A DNA stretch of 64,000 nt from Balanoglossus misakiensis. Lineage: Eukaryota; Animalia; Hemichordata. The stretch is from assembly GCA_040954595.2 (NCBI GenBank), contig CM082579.2, positions 554,922 to 618,921 of the forward strand, read 5' to 3'. Position 1 is the stretch's first letter. The number at the start of each line of letters is the position of its first letter. The position numbers were made by a program, and so were the translations under genes. Shown here piece after piece: positions 1 to 15,981 of the stretch. Under the pieces are notes generated by a model that ran no database searches, was not told where the DNA came from, and worked only from the letters and a program-made list of their open reading frames with translations.

Positions 1-3000
1 CCTTCCACTTCTTACCGCTCCAAATACACTTGTAACTGTGATATATACCTCCACACACTGATACCAAGTTGATACCCCTACAAGACAATAGACTGTCTTT
101 GTAACCAAATAAACAAACAAAAAGATAAACAACCCTATTAACAACAAACAAACAACTTGATACATTATACCTCAAAAAGAAACCTTGGTCTACTCTTGAT
201 AGTGGTCTGAAGTCGCAGAAAACGTTTAATTTGCAACATCAAATACTGCACACACTTTGAGTAGTTGGAATACACAATGCTCAGTTTGAGAAATACCAGA
301 AATGCTTAGTCTGTGGAAGTTATCAAAACAAAAGCTGAAAATAAATGGGACATTTGCACACTCTGCAACTATTTGGACATCATTCTTTGGTGGAACTGCT
401 GTTCCCGATAGCAATTTATAAAAGTCGCGTTCGGACTGAAAGAAAGGCCTCCGTTATAGAGGAGGGGGATGACAAGAACCATATTGTGAAGATTCATTCA
501 CAAAGCAATCACGACCAAGCAGCCTCCACACACACACACACATTCCTTGCGTCTCTACAAACTTTCCATGCGTTGTCTCAAGTTTCTTGACTGAGTTTAT
601 TGTTGCATACTCCCCTCTGCGATGACAGTGGTATCCGTCTCAACCAACTTGGAGATGTTTGTTGTATCCAACTGTTTATACTGATGACCTACACAAACAG
701 CTTCCCATGATACAGTGTAACCCACTGCAGAAGCCATTAGATTCCAATTCAGGGCTAAAAATACTGATCGGGATCGAGAATACGCGCTGTATGAATGCTT
801 GTCTTGTGTGGCTACCAATCGCAGTAACAAGAACAACGAGATGAACCAAACTTTGATCTTTCAAATTCCATCCTTTGCCCTTAGCGCAACTTATCAACGA
901 CAAGAACTCTGGTTTCATTTTTATTCAACGCTAACAGAACATCTCATGTTTCAACAATGTCACCAGACTGCTGAATTGCAAAGTAATTCTTTCCAAGTTC
1001 CAGATATGAATGAAGTTCTCAAGATTTTACACTTCTGGCATATGTGACAGGCCCATTTAAATCTTGCAAGGTAATCTTGCCAGTGTAAACTGTCTGTATG
1101 TGGTTTATAGCTAGTTAGAATCGATCTGGTGTTTTCAGGGCGAATACAGGTTTTTCAGAACTTAAAATCACTGGTTCAGATTCTAGACAAGTGGTGAACA
1201 CAGGAAGCATGGTTGACTATCCACAAATCTTGTTGGGTTCAGTTTTCATGATGTTTACATCAACTGTCTCCGACTGAACCAAAAACAGCTGCATTTACAT
1301 TAAATATACTAAATATAACACTGAAAATATGACCATGGTAGCAAAACTGAAATGCAGTTGTTTAAAATCTTTAATACATAGGGTGAAAAGGAACTATGTC
1401 AAATGTTTCTCAGCAAGTGATTTCATTGTTTCTCCAGATGGATGTAGCTAATGATTATCAGAAAGCTTTCTACAGGGCACTTCACTTTATCGCAGAGATT
1501 TGAAGCTGTCAACCACATATGCCAGACTGGAGGATAAAAAGGAAATTACAGAAAATGAAACGTCCCACGCTGGTTCTCAGACAGTCACCCCTGAACCTCT
1601 ACCCACTGTGCTAAACCCTAGCCATCACTGGTGGATGTGATATATCTGGGTGGTACATGTCCAGGGGGTAAGCGTCCTGAATCCCTTCACATCAAATGAC
1701 CAGTTGAGCCTTGGCCTCAAAGGCGAACTGATCAACTTGGAATTCACACTTTCCAAAAGTTAAACATTCGGTAAAACTGGTTTGAAAAAGCAACCTAAAC
1801 AATACAATTAAAACAAACATTTTTCTTTATGCCTTCTGACTATACAGTCAAGTATAAGTTTTACAGTGAAAGATGTAACACAAATATTTGTCCTGTTTCA
1901 AGGCATATGTTTGGCAAGTCTGCAGCATTGCCTTTTTTCCATTCCATCTGTTTGACAAGTTCACATCATTGGAATTTCCTCCATCAAAGAATGCCGCTGC
2001 TGGTACTCTATAACAAATCATGACTGTATTACCACCAGTAAATCTTCTTCCCCACCTTCTTTTATGCTTGGTGATATAAATATTGATTTAATTAATTGTC
2101 CAATCTACAATACAGAGAGCGAGCTATTCGCATACCAATCAACACAATACAACAGTTCATGGCATTGATATCACTGTGCCGCAACTTCCATCAACGTCTG
2201 TAGGTGTAGATTTGTGTCAGTGTTTCTCCCTCAGTATGAGGACGTCTGCATGTCTCTGGGTTAATATGTGAATTTCTACGTTGCTATGAAAATTCTTTAC
2301 TGAAGAATTAGATGAAATATCCAGAGGATTATGTGCTAATGACTCCAATTGACCTCAGATATTATTGCTGTGTGTTGTGTTCACAGAACAGAGGATTATG
2401 TCTAAATAGTTTATGATATAATACAAAATGATCCCTGTCTACAATGATCTTAATTTGATTATATGATAAAACACACAACAAAATCAAACTCAGGTTATTG
2501 GATTGTGGCGATGGGTGGTTGGGGGATGGGGTCCTTTCCAACTCATTTTTCATCTCCAGGTACATCCATGTGGTCTGTTCTGCTCCATCTCCTAACAAAA
2601 TACACAAAGTTCTACAAACACACCCATGTCAAACCAACAAAATGTGAAAATAAACCTTCCTCAGAATTCAATAAACTCCCAACACTTTCTGATTCCATGT
2701 CAGACTGTTACAGCTGCCACGAGAACATGTATCTAAAAATATAATTCCAATATCTTCACTCTCCGTTTTCTCACACACTAAATTCTTTATTCTCGCTGAA
2801 AAAAACCCCGTTGAAATGTTCACAGGTGGTAATGTAGTGGGGAAATACTCCGTTCACAAAAGTGGCTATCACATTCCGAACTAATCAGCCATTTTTCCGA
2901 TTTAGCTACCCATACAAGGATATACATTTATAATGAAGCATACGACCACCTTACAGCATTTCCTATTGTATTTTACTATCCATCAAAATTCCACTCTCCT

Positions 3001-4786
3001 TGTAATCCCAACTGTACCTGTTTCTACATGAACTTTTATGACTCAGGAACAATTGGATTATTTTTATCATGGTGAGAAAGTTATCCCCTACCATTTAAGT
3101 TTTTTCTTTCCATGAAGAGATTTGTTCATTCTTTTGTCATGTTATGCACTGTCGTGGGTTTGTCCACAGAAACACTTGTTAAGGTGACATTGTATTTTTG
3201 TGTTCAGCCCATCAGCCACGCACAAAGAACTCCGTTAGTTTTGACAACACTGTCTCAGCACTTCTCAACAACCAAATCATTTTATTGTAACTTTTCTTTC
3301 CTTTAGCTCCTTTTCAACTTTCACTGAAACTTTATGAAGCAAAGCTTTCTAACACACACATGGCAGATGACATCAGAGATGTTATAATTTCAAGAAAAGA
3401 TCTGTAGTCTCTTGTGTTTCTCGCGTTTTACCGCCTGGAAAATTTCTTTTAGGCAGAAAGATTCCTTGCTCTTCACAAATACAAAGCATTAGCCACTTCA
3501 CGTCTGTTGGACTTATCTTCTACACCCTATTCCACACAATGTACTCACTTTCAAGAGAGTCAAGTAGGGCCCTAGATGTCATTTGCTTTACTCAGCTACA
3601 CAATATATCAAGATAGAGATTTAGAACCTGACAATTTACAATGACTTCTCTTTCATCTGCAGACTTTACTTGCTGTTCTCTCTTCCCCTCCACATCCTTC
3701 ACGTACAAATCAATTATTATCAAGGGGCATCATTTCCTTCCAAAATCCCATCCACTAATCAGATTCGATGTCCGTACACGCTTGTGAGAGCTCTTGAATG
3801 AAAACAGGTGTGCACACAGATCTTCTTCTGACTTCGAGCTCCAATCTGGAGTCAGATGATGTATTATTATGATGAAGCTGAAGTTGCTAGTCATCAAATC
3901 ACATTATGTTAATACCGTGTCCATCGCTTGTCAAATGAATTATCATACCGGCAGATGATAAAAGCCAGCCGCACCCATGGAAATTTGCGGCATCGTAAAT
4001 ATCACAGACATAAAGACTCTTGACTGGGAACGGGTCAGAAATACTGCGTCCTCACCCACCAAGCTGGCTCCAGTACTATGTCTGTACATCTTCCTTCACA
4101 ATCGGTAATCTATAATTATCAAGCACTATTACCAACATTCTCAGCGTTTCAAATCAAATACAATTATCCTGATCATCAACCATGACGTGAGTCGCACAAT
4201 GACACAACAAAAAACACAATTCATCCAATTTTCCTTTCCCAAAGAGCAGCTCACAAATGCAAGGCTACGGATGCTTGTACTGTCATGGATTTCAAGAGAT
4301 CATCATTCACTTTCTCTTTCAAACTTTTCTTTGACTTGACTGTTATACAAACATGGTAATTATTGGTCTTCTGCTTCACTGCCTTCGTACAATAGAATGT
4401 ATCTAAATACTTGCAACCTTATACCATGGATTACCACTCAGAGTCAGACACATGCACGTTTTTTTTTCTCCGGCAAACAAGAATGATCTGACCCATAATT
4501 CCTGTCGGATTCACTTGGATTCAATCCGAACAGAAGTCACGTTCACTCAAACTTCAACAAGCCTTGCAATACCATGACGACACTTTGTCTGGGCCATTCC
4601 ATCTGATTCCAAAACCCATGGCCTTGTTGGTACAGAGTGCAATCTCTTGTTGGTACAGGTTGACGGGGTGGGTCTCTGCACGCCTACAAAAACACACCCT
4701 GTCTCTAACTCCACGGTACACTAGTCTGCACATCCATCACAACCAAAACCATTCCTTTTTATGATACAGCGCATCGTCACACAACC

Positions 4787-4854
4787 TAGTCTAGCATCCA
4801 GACTCGCGTGAAGTGAGCATAGTGAAAAATCATGCGAGTCTGAATTCTAGACTA
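4787..4854. mobile_element. Short palindromic MITE-like element with TA ends
   Basis: Arms TAGTCTAGCATCCAGACTCGCGTGA and TCATGCGAGTCTGAATTCTAGACTA form an imperfect ~25-bp inverted repeat with a short spacer. Confidence 0.5.
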
Positions 4855-7800
4855 CAAACAACCATCCCCCAAACATACCTTCACTAAATGTACATCACAT
4901 TATTTCAAAGAGACCCCAAATCTTACTTTATATTAGGGCCTAAGCGAGACACTACAATTGAGAAGAAAGTGTCGACATTCTACACATGATGTTAAAATAA
5001 CAGGAAATCTATCCTCAAAGAAGTGCCTCAAGAACCCCCGTTTATTTGGGAAGAAGTAAAAACACTAAGACTAGTCCTATACTTTCCTACAAGGCAAATA
5101 AACTATAAAGTAACTCAATAATACATGTTCAGTGCTTGAATTGATAAAAGCTAACCTTGTTTACCCAGATGTATATTTTTACAATTCATTCAGCCCACAA
5201 CCAAAAGTCTGTGCCCACTGAAGTAGAAGAATTCCTGATGGGGACAAGTGTTAGATAAAGAAAATGTTTTTATTTTCTAGATACAGTCTTACTGCAATAA
5301 ACTTCTTTCTGATTACATCACTTATCTTGTTTTTTCCAAGATAACAATACCCAAGTTGATTTTCAGTGAAAGTTTTACTCCAATGTACATTGTATTTTAA
5401 CTAAACAGAAACATTGATACTTGACGTTTAGTCAGGTCTTGTATTTCTTTGTGATATCTGGTGCAATGAACCCTAAACCACCTTGGCTGTGTGGACTCAG
5501 AATTGTAAAGAGAAATTCTAGACTTTTTTAGTGCTACCAGCGGATCAATTTAAAACAGGTGCTTCCGGTCTGGGAAGTCAGACATAATCTGTGTAGAAGT
5601 CAACCAATCAAATCACTGTTTACTGAAAACTCCGGCTTCCATTATGAAAATAGAACTTGAGACAATACAACAACTACAGCTAACAGCTGAGAAAGCTGAT
5701 GTGATGATGAAAAAGAAATTTCTCATTTTCTTTAACTGAAGCTGTTAGTTTATCCGTGGTGAAGTTCTTTGTCAATTTTATGGATCACCATGGTGACAGC
5801 ATGCCCCCTACCACTCTTCAAGCTGTAGTCTGGAGATAACACAGAACTTGCTAATTATCAGGTTTATTGTGTTAATGGCATTAGAACTGTTGGACAATCA
5901 GTTAAAAATACTCTTGAAAAACACAAAAATAACCCCTGCTGATTGGTCTCCCCGATTAGACCAATTGTTTTCACACCACTGAACCAAAAAGTTTCAGAGC
6001 TCACGTAGAGCGACCAGATTCAAACAGAGCTGTAACACTCCAAGTCTCAGTGCCAAGACATCACAATCAACCAACACCTCAAACAAACATACCAACTTTT
6101 ACTACCCTCAATAGAGTCTGTACACCTCTTTTGTCACACACATACCCCATAGCTTGATTCCAGTCAATTTAGGACGACCAGACAAGGTGTTGTTGTCGTC
6201 TTTTCTTTTGGACTGCTGCTCTTACATACTTCGCACAACACATTTTTTGTTGTGTCTTTTGCCTAACTTCGTGCAAACTTTCAAAGAAAAGTGAGCGCTC
6301 TTAGCTTCGTTTCCACACCATTTGTGACAGTCAGACTACTCATTAGAGTACCCTTTGTTGCAGGAACTCTTGGTCAAATTCCCTCGAAAACAACTCACCT
6401 TGTAAATAGTAACAGAGTATAATACATAATTAACACTCTGTTACAATTACAATTAAAATTTTCCTACAAGATAAAACTTGCATCCATGTATTATATAAGT
6501 AAACAGCCCAGTCTAGATTCTCTTATTCACATGACCCATGTCATCTCAAGTGGTACTGACAGCTGTAATCCAAGCTTTTTCTAGCGATGGTTGATCAATT
6601 ATTAAGGAGAGAAAATAGAACCACCTTTGACACAGCAGAAAAATCAAGAACAGAACTAAAATAATCTTTAATTCTCCCATGTACCCAGAGAACATGGCTT
6701 TAATACCAGTACATGTAATTGTATTTTTTTCATGTGTTAGCACTGACACATCATGCTCACATCCCTTCACATTCATGACACTCCCATCATGCATCACCAC
6801 ATGTGGTTCTCTGTGTAGGCACACATCAATGGTTGCATTTTGAAGCATCAGATACATGTAAATACAATCAAAATCCACAAGATTTGACAACAGGAGACAT
6901 TTTATAATTCGAGGGGGGCACACTTTTGGCTTGTAAGATGCATGTGTCTCTCTGTTCGTACCATCTTTGTGTCATGACGGACAATCTACAAACAACAGAT
7001 GTTTCAAAAATGTCTAGAAGACTTGGCTACAGTGTCATCTTACTTAATGAACAGATACAATACTATGTGACATTGCAATTGAATGCTGTGACACCAATGA
7101 ACCATGGATGGTTAGTTCTAAAGGAGCTGCTACCCCCTGAAAATGGCGTCTTGCAATTCATTCTATTCAGTGATAGAGAGAGAGAGCCAAGGGGCAAACT
7201 GGTCTAAATGGTTCCTCCTCACAGAAAGCACCCCCCATTTATCAGTGGTACTGACCCAATGTCCAAAATCTAGTGCAAATTGTTGAGTGTTTATTGCCAT
7301 GAAGTAAAATATTGTTTCAAATCATACAAGTACCGAGCATACTCTGATACAGGGAAGTGAACAGAATGAGAACAGAATAGTCACTTGCGTTGATTCGATC
7401 TTTGTTTTGCTTTTGTGCAAAGTTGGTGCAGCTAGGTGGCACAAGCCTTTGGCCTCAGCTATGGGTAAAGAAAAACAAAAGTCATACAGGTCTTCACCTA
7501 TGACAGTGGTTTCATCAAATCGTCAACAACAAAGAAAAGCAAGAGGGACTGCCATCCGTCTAGGAAATGAACCATCTCATACAACATACCAACATTCACA
7601 TTTCTGTGTCATATATCCATGGCAACAGATTCAATACCACACCTGCACAGCCACATCAAGTTGACCGACAATGGCCTGTCTTTTTAAGTACAATACAAGC
7701 AACAGCTTTACCAGAATACGATGCCATTGTGTGCCGGATACACAGTTTTCCATGATGACGCTGCTCTAAGCCACGCTGCCCTTCCCCCATCATGTCAATA

Positions 7801-10800
7801 TAACAACCCTGTCTCGGAGTACCCAGTGCTTTTTCTATTCTTTACAGCTACAAAGCCAACATTTTCCTACATGCGACTAACTTCAATTCACTCACACTTT
7901 GTTATTCAAACAGCACAGCAGGCCATTTTTTTGTCAATTTGCAAATCTCTTTTCTATAAACCCTACACCTGGTTTGCTCGACCTAACCCTTCCCTTCACT
8001 TGGCTTTTTCTTTCTCTGGCCGCCAAAACAGAGTCAAACGCACCGCTTTCCTTAAGGTAGCACACTCATACCTGGCCCCCTGATGTGTTTTTTTCTGATG
8101 ATGAATAAGTCATGAGTTCACTGACACGGTTGTCTTTCAGAAGATATTCAGTGTGTACTCAGAGAACATCCTTTACCCTTTTGTTCGTTCGTTGGTGTCT
8201 CACTTGTGTTTACCGAGACACTTCAACTGTCGACTTGTATATCAAAACTTTCCCTTACAAATTTGGAGCTTTGCTTCCATGATGACAACTTCACCTTCTT
8301 AAGTCTGTACTTTGTCAAGTCAGATCTTGTCCAATCTGACTACGTTTATCAAAACAATGAAACTGCTTGACTAAAAACCAAATCAGACAGTGGTCACAAC
8401 ATTTCACCCTTGTCATCAACTTTGACTTCAGATCTTTCTAACTCAAAGCCACGCACACAACAAACAGCCTAGGCCATCCAAGATCTCCTCCTCTGCATGC
8501 AGAAGTCATCTGACAACAAAATCCACAATTTTCCCAGTGTGTGTGACAATGATCACCTGCTCTGGAAATGCCAATCTGCCAACCAAAATCCAGTCTAACA
8601 CAGTGTCTGTAAGCTCTACCAAATCACTGGCCCCATTCATCATGCAATTCTAGACAAGCCAGGCTAAATACAGACATGCCATAAAAATCATGAAGTGCAG
8701 AACCGAATGGTAGACACCACTTACCTGTATCTACAAGTACCGGACAAATGTTGCTAGTTTCACACATTTTATCACACCTGTCTTGTTTGAAGTCAACTAC
8801 ATGGTAACACTTGAGTTATAACTGTTGTCTCTGTCTTTTTATCACATGAAATGATAAGGTACTGCAGCTCATAACTCTGTCACCAAGTGGTTACGGCCAT
8901 TGGACATCCATCCAGCCACTCTTGTCCAAGGACAGGTCAACTTAGCTTGGAAAGAAATCAGCCTTCTTGGTTTCAAGTTTCATGAAATCTGTGACCCGCT
9001 AGATTTTTTTTATAAAGCTGCTTGTCGCTTTTTCTCATAAATCTTTCCTAGGCACACAAAGACCAAATACTTTACCAAAAAGATTGGCTGAACTAGAACA
9101 CTGCAAAACCAACCTTGAATCTGAGAATGGTCTTTTTTCCATTCTTTGGAGCTTGGTTATTCTTTCACAGTAAAAAGAAAGGTGAAGAGCAAACACTATG
9201 TCCCGAAGGCAAAATAAAATATACTCAAAATTCAAAACTCATTATTAGTATACATGTACCTCTAGTTATAAAACTTCCCTTCCCTTTATAACTTTTCAAG
9301 GGTTCATATTACCCCCCTGTAATAATGAACAGCTACACACGCTTCACTGGTTACCCTGCGTTACTCCTCTAGACTTCTGAGGTCAGGGGAGACAATGGGT
9401 CATATTTTCCTAAACCCAACGACCCAAAGAAACCAAAAATTCCACATCCAAATATCTCCGTTCAATTACACCCCATGCTAGGTAACACTGTTTTGAATTT
9501 CCAATCACCTGCGAAAACTGTTTTCTCCACAATGAAATACAATACACCTTAAATGTCCATTTAGGTGAGTATGTGTTCTTTGAAAACAACAAACATTTTT
9601 AATTGAGTTGACTTCGGGTGACTTCCTTTCTTCATCGATGGCCAAAAATAATGTCAGGAAAATAAGTTTATACAGGGTTCTGCCATCGCAACTACATGTC
9701 TGTATATCAGACTTTGAAACTGATTTAAAGATGGCATGAAACCATACCATGACTAAACCCTATTTCTAAATTTAGGAAAGCTTTTTTCCATGGCCGATGT
9801 ATATACTGCATAATGGTATTAAATTAAAAGGGCTGACCCAAGTGTCACATTGATACATTCCATTCTGTTAGTCCAAGTAACAACCAGAATTTCAACCAAA
9901 AAGCAAAATATATTCATCATTTCATACAGCAGGTGTTAAAATAAGGCATCTCTTATCACAAAACAAACTGTTTTTATCCGACCATTATCAAAGGGGTGTA
10001 AAATGTGCTCATAAATCTGCTAGCAAAGTCAGAGTGGGAGGTCAAGGGTCACAGCAAGTTTAGAACACTGGTGCTAGCACTGGCCAATCCATCAGCTTTA
10101 ACATGTCTCCCCTGTAAAAGTTATCTCTGCATCAAATCTTGCGCAGGATATTTTGTTTCAATGGAATTCCCTCTCCCTTCTGCCTTTGATTATCACTGAT
10201 ACAGCATAAAGTGACCTCTAACTGCAAGCTGATGACCCAACATGCCAAGAGGCTCCAATCACACTGTCGGATTCCTTCATTTCAAGCGCCAAGCACAATG
10301 CTTTTTCAAATAAAACACCCCAGGTTAGATTTTAATTCATGTGGGGGTCACATTGGACTGCCGTTACACAGCTAATGTTTGTTTTTCGCAGACATTAAAA
10401 GTTAATAACTTCACACCAATTCAGAGACCCAAGGTTATTACATGCATTGTCTGCAACTTCACCAAAGCATGTGAGACATGAGACTGTTGTCTCGGAAGAC
10501 ACAAGCATAGTGGAGGTAGGAACTGGGGAGACGGCAGTCCTGGATCCATTAGTAGAACATGGCTCAGGCAGTTTTCTCACTCAGGTGCTTGGTGCAACGG
10601 TATTACTGAAACTGACAGATCTTTTGTGTACCGCACGGAAAGCACAAGTTTTAAAGTAAAACTTTCCTCTCGTCAAAGGTCAGTACATGCAAAGAATGTT
10701 TGAAAATTGACCTCACACACAGGACAATACAACAAACCAGCTATCATTGAGGTGACGGCTTTTCAGCCAATTCCACAAACAAATAAAATCACACCTTCTT

Positions 10801-13800
10801 GTTTTCTTTCTCTCTCGATGCCCCGAGGCAAACTTTGGAACAAACCAGGTGGGTCCCAGTTTAGTCATTTAATTAGGAAAAAAGTTTCCAATGAAAAACA
10901 GCTAAAGAAAAAGATTGAGTTTTACATGTATGGAGTCAACTACAAGTCACAAAGGTTGCTACTGTAGGACTGATCAACAGTTTATAAAGATCTTAGACAT
11001 GCATGCCATCCCACAATTTCTTTACTGAGTTTCAATGGCAATACCTTTCACGCTGAAAATGAAAAGCCGTTTCTTTTTTTATCCCTACAGAATCCACACC
11101 AAGTATCACTTTGTTGTATCTCTTAAAATCTGTGCCAAGTATCTTAAGACCACAGGAGTCGTTATGATGTAATCCTGGGTCTTCTGACAGAATTTGATCT
11201 CAAAGAAAGAGACAAAATAAAATCAGTGACTGGGAAGAGATATCTTCAAAAGAAATAATCCCTTAACTGTGGTGTTTGGAAACTTGCTGTTGCCCATCTA
11301 TTCAAATCACTGATAAAGCTACTTTGGCATAATTACGAACAATCATAGTTTACAGATATATTTAAATTGGAAAATGAGGTTTTTGTGTTTCTGTCCTTTC
11401 AATTGGCTGACTTGATCCAATGCATTTAATCTGCCTTCTCTAACTGGTCATGCAACACAATAGTCATGCATACTACAGCCTTAGTTACAAAGCCGATCTT
11501 CTACTTGGGCTGTATGGCTTCAATTTATGCAAAGCTTCGAACTGCGCCCAGTGATGTATGCACAATATCACAGGCAGCAACACCAAAGAATGCTGGAAAT
11601 CGAACAACTGTCTCTTGCGGTCTTTAGCAGGATAGCTTCAAAGCAGTCTCTTTTTTCTGCTGGATTAGACATGGCTCAGATTTGATATATACATGTGCTT
11701 TGGCAAACTGGAAGTGCCGACTACAGAACATATGCACACAGGCTGTTGTCGAGGTCATGCAAGAAAACTGCAGTGTACAAAAGACACACATACACACTGA
11801 CAGCCATGTTCCGTGTGCTACAGAGCATAAAATAGGCACGGCAGTATTATAAAAGGCAACCCTATATGCATGCAATGGCAGCATATTGTAAGGCCACACT
11901 AATCTGAATGTTCACAGCATCCGACCACTCTCTGCTGTTTCAAAGGAGTTGCTGATAGTGGATATGTTATTCTATACGGTCACATTGTCCACCAAAAATG
12001 CAGCCCCGTTGGGAGCGATTCACATCATGATTGCTTCCACAAATGTCGCAGATCATCTAACCAAACAATGACGACCCACCATTCAATAAATAATCACCAA
12101 AAAGTCAGCCCGATGACCAATAAACATAACAAGAGCAGAAACGACAAGACGCTATTAGTACTGACTAGAAATTCTTTGTATATGATGTGTGACTCACAAA
12201 TATGATAACAATTTTACCATGGGTGATCACCGGATGGAAAACATGCTACCGATTTCTCGCACCCAAGTGGTCTAGATTAGACTATCTACTTACAAAGTTT
12301 GTCTAAACTCTAACCTCACAGTTATTCTAGGCATGGTCTAGACATTAAAATCAAAGTGGTTCCTAATCACATTTGTTTATTTTCATTTCACGCTTCTTCA
12401 CAATCTTTGTTTTTTACTCGACAAACATTTTACAGCTGTGAAAAATTTGGAGTATCCACCCACTTTTCCCTCGTTGTCTTGTCCACTTTCTTTTTCTTCA
12501 GTCACATTGATTTTTGCAGGATACACTGATACAACGCTTTGGACTGAAAGTTTAATTACATGGAATATTATTATTATCAAATAAGCAATAAATGTTTGAC
12601 AAATAAATTTCAGGGGGTTATCATAGAGGTAAGATAGTAAGCCACCGATAGCGAAACCCCACAACTGCTGACGCAAGACAAAGTTACACTTACAGGGCAG
12701 CTGTTTGAAAAATTAAAAGAATTTGCTGATTTGTAGTAAAATAATATGTCTGTAATCTCACAACACACAATATTACATGTACATGTGATATCATTGGGAC
12801 TAACTCAACATTGATACTCCTGGACTAAACCTATACAAGTATAAGAGTGTCTCGATATGACTGTGATCCTCTCAACTCCACCATACAGAGGGATGCATGA
12901 TCTGGACCCAGTTATTTGTGTGAATATTTTCGTATGGCGGACTTGGGAGGCAGCCAGGCACTCTCTTGTAAAGTACATGATGAAAAAAACTCCCAAAACA
13001 ACTGAACAAAAGCCAGTATTCTCATACCCCAACTATTAGATTCCTCTGTCTCCCACACTTTGAAATTGATTAAAAGTGTTTATGATCTACAGGGATGGTT
13101 TGAGTAATTCTCTAAAGTAAACTCCTATCACTTTATGAGCACAGCAAATAAACATACAGTAGGTGGCAGGCTGGCTGAAAAGTTATTTTAACCTGATCGG
13201 GTCTACCAAGCCATGTCACTTGGTCATAGGAACTGTATACTTGACATAGAACAGATGTCCTGAGAGAGAAAGCCATGCCTTCATGACTAGCCGGAAAACA
13301 GTTTGTGTTTCAACACTTGATGTACGGCCAATGACTAGAAGTTTGACACAGACCATATTTTAGGCTGCCTCTCAGAGCTGGAGGAATTTGTCGATTTATT
13401 GAGTTTACGTAGTGTAAAACCACCGCCACACAGATGTGAGCAGTTCTTCACACTGACTCATTTCACAAGAATTCACCACCGATGTCCAAATAGCAAGGTG
13501 GGAGAATCATGGAGTATTGGGATGACACACTGCAACAGGTGATCACATTTAAAGATCACAAAAATTCAAGATCAAGTTTTGCGAAAACAAATTTGGTAGA
13601 GGAAATACCCCGACTTCTATGCAATACTTCACTGTTTTCTTGCAAAAGTGATTGAGTTGAAATAAAAGGAGGAATTTTTATGACAGTGACACATTCCATG
13701 CTTCCTACACTTTTTTGTCAAAATCTTTTGCTTACACTTTTTGACAAAAACTTTCAGTTCACAACTATGTATAAATGATTGTTAGGTAACTCACTGACAA

Positions 13801-15879
13801 TAAAAGCTTGCAAAAACCACTACACCATGAAATTGCCCACAAATACAATCGACTTTTATTTGAAATATCAATGGCAGAATTACTCACTAAACATGTAATT
13901 GCAAAGATTTTTTTCTATCAATGTCCATAAAGACATGCTATTGTGACCAATAAATGATTTTATCGAGTTTAAGAAGTACATTTACTCAAACGATGTGTCA
14001 TTCTCAGACAAGACTAACGCACCAGATTTCAGATTGTTTGTCTGAAGTGCTCTCTTCGATCAGTTAGATCACAAAATATTACCCTCATCAGTTAAATCAC
14101 TTGAAAAAAATCAAAAGGTGTCGTTTATTAAGACAGATTTTGACCATTAAGTTACAAATTGATCTGTTTGGGCTGATATATTTACAAATAGTGTTCGGTT
14201 TGATACATGTACCGAAATTTGACGTGGCCTTACACAATCTCATTGGTGATTAAACTTGAACTTTCAAAGAAGCTCTAACATTCCTCTCTACGCTCTTGAA
14301 AAGCTGTAATGTGGAAAAACTCTTGAACAGTTCGCATGCATGTGGAAGCGCCCCTACAAAACAGTTTGGTATTCACCACTGCACAATCGGCACTGAATAA
14401 GAAAGCCATGCATAAATTCATGAGGACACAAAACAGCATTTTGAAAATAATCAATAGCGGCATTGAGTTTAGTCCCTACAGATCAATAGTACTTTTGTTT
14501 TAGAAGAGCTGATCAACGTAGTCCACATCGCTAACAGACAACTCCTTTGCTTAAATACAGAGCTTGCATGTAGTACACTAACCATCACACTCATACTAGG
14601 GGAAAAAACAAAAAGTTCAGATTATTAATGTACAAAACACGCCAAATATATACCCATCAATTTCATGAAACCTTTAGTTAGTTTTCTTTTAGATTTCCCT
14701 GGGGATGTTTGCCTAACACTGCCAAGAAAGTTAATAAACGTTATCTGAAAAACATGCCGTTTGCAAACATCCAGGAGACAGCAATATGAATTTTGTTTGA
14801 TGTGAATTGCGTGAAATATGATGTGCTATAATCCACCATAAGCACTTTGAAGCTTTTCACACGGAAACCTAACCGTAACAGCCTATTTCATGTGTGTTTT
14901 TCAATCAGATGTTACATCATTTGGCTTCATTTTATGAAACATAATGTTTACAGTTGATGTACACTTCACACTGACTAACCATTTCAACTAAAAATGCACT
15001 GATGAGGTCCTGAGACGCAATCGGGAATGACCATTTCAAACAACACAGAATTTGCAAACAACAATGGCCGCCATAACTGGTGTCATTTCCACCGCCATTG
15101 CCCTTGTCGGACACGACAATTCAGAGAGACCCCCATCACATTAACAGGTGTTACTGTGCTCATCAGGAGCATCACAATTACAACTAGCAAGGAATCCAAG
15201 CACAATGAATGTGAAAAGGCCCTGTCAAGACTTAAACACACAGTTGACAAAGGAAAGCAAAATGAAAAATGGTAGTTCTACGAGTAGCCAGTGCATACAT
15301 CGCTCGTTACGGCAGCCATTACTGGACAAACCCGTGTGTCCCAAAATCAATACATTCACCGAGCACAACAGTCCCTGGGAGAGATGGCTTGGTAAATATA
15401 GGTACAAATTTCCTAGTTACACTAATGGTGCTGTTGTCCAACTACTAAATCAACAGAAAAAAGCCCCTTTTTTCCTCTGTTCCAGACACAATTAACCCTC
15501 AACAAGTCAAACAAAAAAAGGCAATGTTTGGCTATAACAATGTCGGGGTGTGCAATGCAGTGTTCGCAGATAGTGGATGTAAACTGAGAAAGATTTTATG
15601 ATCCGTTTACTGCAATTCTGTTCAAAAACCTTGTGTCAAGGAATTTATCATTTGTGTTAAACTTTTCTCATGTATACCACTTTTTAGTAGTCCATACTAG
15701 TTGTTATATTTGGCAGTGTCTGTCATCAAGGTTAAACTGTAACAATGCGCAAACTCTAGCACTTACTTAGGCCTCACGTTGATCTCTCAAACCAAACATT
15801 TCACCATTTTTCTTAAGTCAACCTATTTACATGACAACCTTCTTTATCAAAAACATTTTTCTTTGGGATAAAGATTACA

Positions 15880-15981
15880 GTTTGACCATAGCCTAAATTG
15901 TTGATCATTCTCCTGTCCCCATTTGTGTCAAGGTTTGACCAAAGCTTAAATTGTTGGACACACTCCCCATTTATGTCAAGG
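15880..15981. repeat. Two-copy ~50-bp tandem duplication
   Basis: gtttgacca.agc.taaattgttg...ccccattt.tgtcaagg occurs twice in a row. Confidence 0.6.

Noticed and set aside
1560-1620. tRNA A-box-like TAGCACAGTGG on the - strand
   Set aside because: No cloverleaf or convincing B-box; at most a decayed SINE head.
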